A program made the translations under genes and the position numbers. A stretch of 50,628 nt of DNA from Patescibacteria group bacterium (lineage in GTDB: Bacteria; Patescibacteriota; Minisyncoccia; Minisyncoccales; Staskawiczbacteraceae): assembly GCA_018895235.1 (NCBI GenBank), contig JAHIOM010000036.1, forward strand, positions 1 to 50,628, given 5' to 3'. Shown one piece after another: positions 45,582 to 50,628 of the stretch (its first letter is position 1; every line of letters begins with the position of its first letter). The notes beneath the pieces were generated by a model that ran no database searches, was not told the origin of the DNA, and saw only the letters and a list, made by a program, of their open reading frames with translations.

Positions 45582-47465
45582 ATGAGCAAAATTATAGGTA
45601 TTGATCTAGGTACAACTTTTTCGGCAGTAGCTGTAATGGAACAAGGCCAGCCGAGAATCGTAGAAAACAAAGAGGGGGCAAGAACTACACCCTCTATGAT
45701 TGCTTTAACAAAAACTGGCGAAAGATTGGCCGGGGTTTTGGCAAGGCGCCAGCAAATTACCAATCCAAGAAATACAGTTTATTCCATTAAAAGGTTAATT
45801 GGCAGAAGGTTTTCTGATGCTGAAGTGCAAAAAGACAAAAAGCTCCTGCCTTATGAAATGAAAGAAGCCGGCGACGGCGGGGTTGAAATAAAGATTGGCG
45901 AGAAATGGCACAAACCAGCTGAAATATCAGCAATGATTTTGCAGAAGCTGAAACAAGACGCCGAAGAGAAATTAGGCGAGAAAATCACTGATGCCGTAAT
46001 CACTTGCCCTGCCTATTTTGATGATTCTCAAAGAAAAGCAACCAAGGTAGCAGGGGAAATAGCCGGGTTTAATGTAAAGATGGTTTTGAATGAACCGACC
46101 GCAGCTGCTTTGGCTTATGGCTTGAATAAGAAAAAAGGCGAACAGGTTTTGGTTTATGATTTTGGCGGAGGAACCTTTGATGTTTCTATTTTAGACATCA
46201 GAAAAGATCCTGATACCGTTGAAGTTATTGGTGTTGGCGGAGATACCCATTTGGGTGGTGATGATTTTGACCAAAGAGTAATGAGTTGGATTATTGATAA
46301 CTTTAAAAAAGACCAGGGTATTGATTTGTCAAAAGATATGTTGGCTTTGCAAAGAATTAAAGAAGCAGCTGAAAAGGCAAAAATTGAACTATCCACCGCA
46401 ATGGAAACAGAAATTAATCTGCCCTTTATTACTTCAGACGCTTCGGGGCCAAAACACTTGTATTTTAAAATGACAAGGGCTCAATTAGAGAACTTAGTTA
46501 AAGATTATCTTGATAAATCAATCGAGTTAGTTGATCAAGCCCTAAAAGACGCTAAATTAAAAGCAAAAGATATTGAAGAAATTGTTCTAGTTGGCGGGCA
46601 AACAAGAATGCCAGCAATGCAAGAAGCAGTTAAAAAGTACTTTGATAAAGAACCAAACAGGTCGATTAATCCTGACGAAGTGGTAGCGATTGGCGCTGCT
46701 ATCCAAGGTGGAATTATGAGCGGTGAGGCAAAAGAAGTTCTTTTGCTTGATGCCACGCCTTTATCTTTAGGGATTGAAACTTTAGGTTCAGTAAGCACTG
46801 TTTTAATTCCGAAAAACACCATTTATCCTGTTTCCAAATCCCAGATTTTCTCAACCGCAGCTGATAGCCAAACATCAGTAGAAGTGCATGTTTTACAAGG
46901 AGAAAGGCCAATAGCTCAAGACAATAAAACTTTAGGCAGATTTATACTGGACGGCATTCCTCCTGCCCCTCGAGGCATACCCCAAGTAGAAGTTTCTTTT
47001 GATATTGACTCAAACGGCATTTTAAATGTTTCTGCTAAAGATAAAGCAAGTGGCAAATCGCAGTCAATTAGAATTGAGGGTTCGATTGGAATATCCAAAG
47101 AAGAAATTGAGAAAATGAAAAAAGAGGCGGAAATACACGCCGAGGAAGATAAAAAGAAAAAAGAAGTTATTGAAGTAAAAAACTTGGCAGAAAACCTGAT
47201 TTATACCTGCGAAAAAACCATAAAAGAAGCGGGTGATAAGGCTAGTGCTGATCAGAAAAAAGAAGTAGAAGAGAAGATAGAAGCATTGAAAAAGGTCAAA
47301 GATAGTGATAACATAGATGAAATTAAATCAAAAACACAGGAATTATCCCAGGTTATTCAAAAACTGGGAGCTGATCTTTACAAGTCCCAGCCAGAGCAGC
47401 CAGAGAAAAAAGAAAAAAAGAATGATTCAGATGCAGAAGAAGGGGAGTATAAAGAAAAGAAATAA
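45582..47465 (+). CDS. dnaK: Chaperone DnaK
   Basis: [34 protein letters not shown]. Confidence 0.98.
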   Translation: MSKIIGIDLGTTFSAVAVMEQGQPRIVENKEGARTTPSMIALTKTGERLAGVLARRQQITNPRNTVYSIKRLIGRRFSDAEVQKDKKLLPYEMKEAGDGGVEIKIGEKWHKPAEISAMILQKLKQDAEEKLGEKITDAVITCPAYFDDSQRKATKVAGEIAGFNVKMVLNEPTAAALAYGLNKKKGEQVLVYDFGGGTFDVSILDIRKDPDTVEVIGVGGDTHLGGDDFDQRVMSWIIDNFKKDQGIDLSKDMLALQRIKEAAEKAKIELSTAMETEINLPFITSDASGPKHLYFKMTRAQLENLVKDYLDKSIELVDQALKDAKLKAKDIEEIVLVGGQTRMPAMQEAVKKYFDKEPNRSINPDEVVAIGAAIQGGIMSGEAKEVLLLDATPLSLGIETLGSVSTVLIPKNTIYPVSKSQIFSTAADSQTSVEVHVLQGERPIAQDNKTLGRFILDGIPPAPRGIPQVEVSFDIDSNGILNVSAKDKASGKSQSIRIEGSIGISKEEIEKMKKEAEIHAEEDKKKKEVIEVKNLAENLIYTCEKTIKEAGDKASADQKKEVEEKIEALKKVKDSDNIDEIKSKTQELSQVIQKLGADLYKSQPEQPEKKEKKNDSDAEEGEYKEKK

Positions 47466-47495
47466 AAAACAGCAGGTTATTTATAACCCAATAAA

Positions 47496-48614
47496 ATGGC
47501 TAAAAATTATTACGAAGTTTTAGGAATAACAAAAGGCGCTTCTCAAGAAGAGATTAAAAAGGCGTTTCACCGACTTGCCCACAAGCATCATCCCAATAAA
47601 GGCGGAGAAGAAAAGAAGTTTAAAGAAATAAACGAGGCCTACCAGATTCTTTCCGATAAGGAAAAACGGGCTCAGTATGATCAGTTTGGCCAAGTTTTTG
47701 AAGGAGGAATGCCTGGCGGAGGAGCGGGTTTTGATCCGGGCTGGTTTTGGGGAAATAACAAGCCGGAAGGATTTAATGTTGAATTTGATTTGGGTGATTT
47801 GGGAGATATTTTCGGAGATTTATTCGGCTTTTCTTCCAAAAAAAGAGCAAAAGATATAAGGAAGGGAAGCGATATTAAGATTGAGATAGAAATTAATTTA
47901 GAGGAAACCTTAAAAGAAACGAAAAAAGTAATATCCTTAAAAAAGATGAGCGTTTGCAGCCGTTGCGAAGGCAGGGGAGCTGAACCGGGAACAAAAATTG
48001 ACGAATGTTTTTCTTGCAGAGGTATGGGACAGGTTCAGCAGATTAGAAGAACGGTTTTAGGTTCGTTTACTCACTTAACGCTTTGTCCTGAATGTGGAGG
48101 AGAAGGTCAAAAACCAGAAAAACCCTGTAATGTTTGCAAGGGAGAAGGGAGAATAAAAGATGAAGAAGATATTGCAATTTTTATCCCGGCTGGGGTAGAC
48201 ACAAACCAAATAATAAAGGTTTCTGGCAAGGGGAATACCGGCAGAAGAGGAGGAAAAACAGGAGATTTATATATTAGAGTTTTTGTAAAGCCGCACCCTG
48301 TTTTTGAAAGAAGAGGAGATGACCTATATCTCACAAAAGAGATATCCTTGACGCAGGCAGCTCTTGGTGATGAAATTGAAATGCCGATATTGGATGGTTC
48401 GGCAAGCTCACCACAAGGCAAAACCAAGATTTTACTGACTGTATCGGCTGGTACAGAATCAGGAAAAATATTAAAGATTTCCGATAAAGGAATCCCGCGT
48501 TTTGGCGGATATGGACGAGGCAATTTGTTTGTAGAACTTATTTTGAAAACACCAAAGAAATTAACAAAGAAACAGAGGGAATTGTTAGAAAAATTAAAAG
48601 AAGAAGGGCTTTAA
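47496..48614 (+). CDS. dnaJ: Chaperone DnaJ with a 7-aa repeat-derived insertion
   Basis: J-domain (HHPN), four CxxCxGxG repeats. Confidence 0.97.
   Translation: MAKNYYEVLGITKGASQEEIKKAFHRLAHKHHPNKGGEEKKFKEINEAYQILSDKEKRAQYDQFGQVFEGGMPGGGAGFDPGWFWGNNKPEGFNVEFDLGDLGDIFGDLFGFSSKKRAKDIRKGSDIKIEIEINLEETLKETKKVISLKKMSVCSRCEGRGAEPGTKIDECFSCRGMGQVQQIRRTVLGSFTHLTLCPECGGEGQKPEKPCNVCKGEGRIKDEEDIAIFIPAGVDTNQIIKVSGKGNTGRRGGKTGDLYIRVFVKPHPVFERRGDDLYLTKEISLTQAALGDEIEMPILDGSASSPQGKTKILLTVSAGTESGKILKISDKGIPRFGGYGRGNLFVELILKTPKKLTKKQRELLEKLKEEGL
48395..48415 (+). repeat. REP-like element inside dnaJ
   Basis: TGGTTCGGCAAGCTCACCACA vs intergenic TGGTTCGACAGGCTCACCACA (10914-10934), 19/21 identical. Confidence 0.75.
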
Positions 48615-48621
48615 AATACAG

Positions 48622-48697
48622 GCCCCTATAACTCAATTGGTAGAGTAACAGCCTTTTAAGCTGTGAGTTGCAGGTTCGAGTCCTGCTGGGGGCACCA
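48622..48697 (+). tRNA. tRNA-Lys (TTT)
   Basis: GCCCCTA/TGGGGGC acceptor stem, ACAGC-CTTTTAA-GCTGT anticodon arm, GGTTCGAGTCC, encoded CCA. Confidence 0.95.
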
Positions 48698-50215
48698 AAT
48701 TGGACTTCGTGATTTTTTGTGGGGGGAAGCAGAGGTTTGCTCGCCGCGCCTGCGGGCGCGGCTCGCAAGGAATTGGGCGGTAAAATCAAACGGCGGGACG
48801 AAATCCCAAGACACAATTTTTTCGGAAATGAGGCGGTTCGTTCCAATTTTTTGCGCAAAATGAGCAATCTCTTGCGGAGATTGCTCCGAGGCGATTATTC
48901 CCGCGTAAATTAAGGTGTTTATGTATTCCCGCAATGGTTCGTTCCACCCGCTCATTCGCTTTCGCAGAAGCGTATCCTGCTCGCCCTTCAAGGCGATTTT
49001 TTGTTGCACCAAATTTTCTTTTTTTCGTCTGTAAGTGTCCTCGTCAATAAGATTGTCTAAATATCCTTCAAGCAATTTATCCAGTTTTTCTTGAAGGGCG
49101 AGAATCTTTTTTCTGTTCGCTTCTGCGAAAGCGTCCGCTGATTGGATTTGCAATTTTTCTTCACGCTCCAATTTTTCCAACATTTCTTTTGACCAATCGG
49201 CAGGCAAAGCAATTGTTTGCGACTTTTCAATGATTTGCTTTTGCAGTTCGTTTTCTTGGATATACTTTTCGGCGCAAGCCCCGTGCTTTCTGGTGCAACG
49301 GTAATAGCGATATAAGCCCCCATTTCCTTTCGCGAATTGCGCCGTGAACATGGAACCGCACGAGCAATTGAAAAGTCCGACAAACGGAAAATCGTGTCGT
49401 TTCTTGCTCTTGCGGGGCTTGCGCCTGTTCGCCAAAACTTCCTGCACCTTCGCAAACAATTGCTTTGTTATGAGCGGGCGGTATTTGCCTTCGTGCGCTT
49501 CGCCGTTCCAGCGCATAATTCCGATATAGCGGTCATTGGTCAAAAGATTTTCAATAGAATAGTTGGAGCGTTCTTTTCCACCGCCAAGATCGGCGAGGCG
49601 AGCCGAAATTGATTTGAGTGTATGTCTGCCAGTCGCGAACTCCTCGTAGATTTTCTTTACGATTTTGGCCTCTTTCGGCTCTGGCACGATATTTCGCAAG
49701 CGATGGTCGTAAATGTAGCCGAAAGGTTTTTGTCCGGGCCATTCGCCTCGCCGCAGCTTGGCGCGGTTCCCTCGCCGAACATTTTCGGCCAGATTGTCCA
49801 CATAGTATTTGGCGTTTGATAATCCGATAGCTAAAAAGAATTTCCCTGACGGATTATTTTCAAAAGCGAAAGTTGGAAATTTCAAACCGCCAAGTTTTCC
49901 GGTATCCAAAAGGTATATCAAACGCCCGCCGTCTACGGAATTTCTGGACAATCTGTCCGGATGCCACGCCAAAATACCGATGAGATGAGGAAGACCGCCA
50001 TCAATTTTATTGAGCATGGAATTGAAAATTTCCCTGCCCGGAACTTTGGCGGTTTTCTTTTCAACAAATGTTTCTATGATTTCCAAACCTTCTTTTTCCG
50101 CATATTCTTTCAATTCCGTAAGTTGCGCTTCCAAACTTAAAACTTGGCGGTCTTCCTCATCGGTGCTTTTTCTGATGTAGAGAAAATATTTTGTTGGTTG
50201 TTGTGGTGTGTTCAT
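48656..50215 (-). CDS. Large serine recombinase whose C-terminus runs antisense through tRNA-Lys
   Basis: YIRKSTDEEDRQ, DRLSRN, recombinase domain, Zn-ribbon (CSCG..YYRC..C), coiled coil; ends WCPQQDSNLQLTA. Confidence 0.92.
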   Translation of the reverse strand: MNTPQQPTKYFLYIRKSTDEEDRQVLSLEAQLTELKEYAEKEGLEIIETFVEKKTAKVPGREIFNSMLNKIDGGLPHLIGILAWHPDRLSRNSVDGGRLIYLLDTGKLGGLKFPTFAFENNPSGKFFLAIGLSNAKYYVDNLAENVRRGNRAKLRRGEWPGQKPFGYIYDHRLRNIVPEPKEAKIVKKIYEEFATGRHTLKSISARLADLGGGKERSNYSIENLLTNDRYIGIMRWNGEAHEGKYRPLITKQLFAKVQEVLANRRKPRKSKKRHDFPFVGLFNCSCGSMFTAQFAKGNGGLYRYYRCTRKHGACAEKYIQENELQKQIIEKSQTIALPADWSKEMLEKLEREEKLQIQSADAFAEANRKKILALQEKLDKLLEGYLDNLIDEDTYRRKKENLVQQKIALKGEQDTLLRKRMSGWNEPLREYINTLIYAGIIASEQSPQEIAHFAQKIGTNRLISEKIVSWDFVPPFDFTAQFLASRARRRGEQTSASPHKKSRSPIWCPQQDSNLQLTA

Positions 50216-50340
50216 AATTTTATATTTTGGCGTGGCTTATGTTCGGCGAGGAAATGAAAAATCGCCTCAATCCCGCAAAGCGGGATATTTTGCGCAAAAA
50301 ATCGGAATAAAAATTTATTTTTATACATAACTTCGTTATG

Positions 50341-50532
50341 ACGAACCGCCTCATTTCCGAAAAAATTGTTTCTTGGAATTTCGTCCCGCCGTTTGATTTT
50401 ACCGCCCAATTCCTTGCGAGCCGCGCCCGCAGGCGCGGCGAGCAAACCTCTGCTTCCCCCCACAAAAAATCACGAAGTCCAATTTGGTGCCCTTTGTTTG
50501 AAAATGCGCGAACCTTCTTTGAACGAAACTGA
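50341..50532 (+). pseudogene. Inverted copy of the recombinase 3' end with an alternative, attP-like C-terminus
   Basis: 152-bp inverted repeat of 48690-48841 with 2 mismatches seen, continuing as WCPLFENARTFFERN*. Confidence 0.75.
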
Positions 50533-50628
50533 CGCTCCGCCCCGCCGCCGCTCGCTGACGCTCGCCACCCCGCAAAAAAGTTTTCTTCGCATTTTTTATT
50601 TTGCGCGCGCCCGATTTTTTCTTCTAAA

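Noticed and set aside
48663-49830. Plus-strand ORFs over the recombinase
   Set aside because: Shadow ORFs from higher GC content on the antisense strand.
50327-50340. loxP-like ATAACTTCGT
   Set aside because: Only 10 of 13 bases of one arm, with no spacer or second arm; explained by the local CATAAC-TTC-GTTATG hairpin.

Overview
AT-rich bacterial chromosome segment, most likely Patescibacteria/CPR (Parcubacteria-like); this is inferred from gene content, AT-rich non-Shine-Dalgarno starts and typical hypothetical families. Layout: (1) 1-2.5 kb, tRNA-Gln with an adjacent HTH/LAGLIDADG-like gene; (2) 2.7-21.8 kb, a same-strand accessory/defence island: AbiE type IV TA, RadC, type III R-M with an extra gene between mod and res, then about 15 cassette-like small genes (2 NYN, DUF3800, 2 near-identical MazG-like, HD, NUDIX, SNase, SWIM and others); (3) 21.8-48.6 kb, mostly core genes: xseAB, GH130, Trx-FTR fusion, typA, a two-component pair, SufS-like, a type IV pilus locus, and HNH-grpE-dnaK-dnaJ; (4) tRNA-Lys with an integrated large serine recombinase lying between 152-bp inverted repeats. 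The most striking signals are outside the annotated genes. A conserved junction motif (GAAATTAATTG-AGG(G)A-A(G)TAAAAATTATG) recurs 8 times in the island and is filled or empty for short bulged-hairpin elements, which also nest inside one another. Related mini-elements sit in the prepilin leaders of three consecutive pilin-like genes and in frame in dnaJ. A 61-63 bp hairpin-plus-promoter element recurs at several gene starts. Three putative nuclease genes each carry a small promoter-hairpin-U-tract transcription unit with the same promoter geometry. All alignments were done by eye and no database searches were run.
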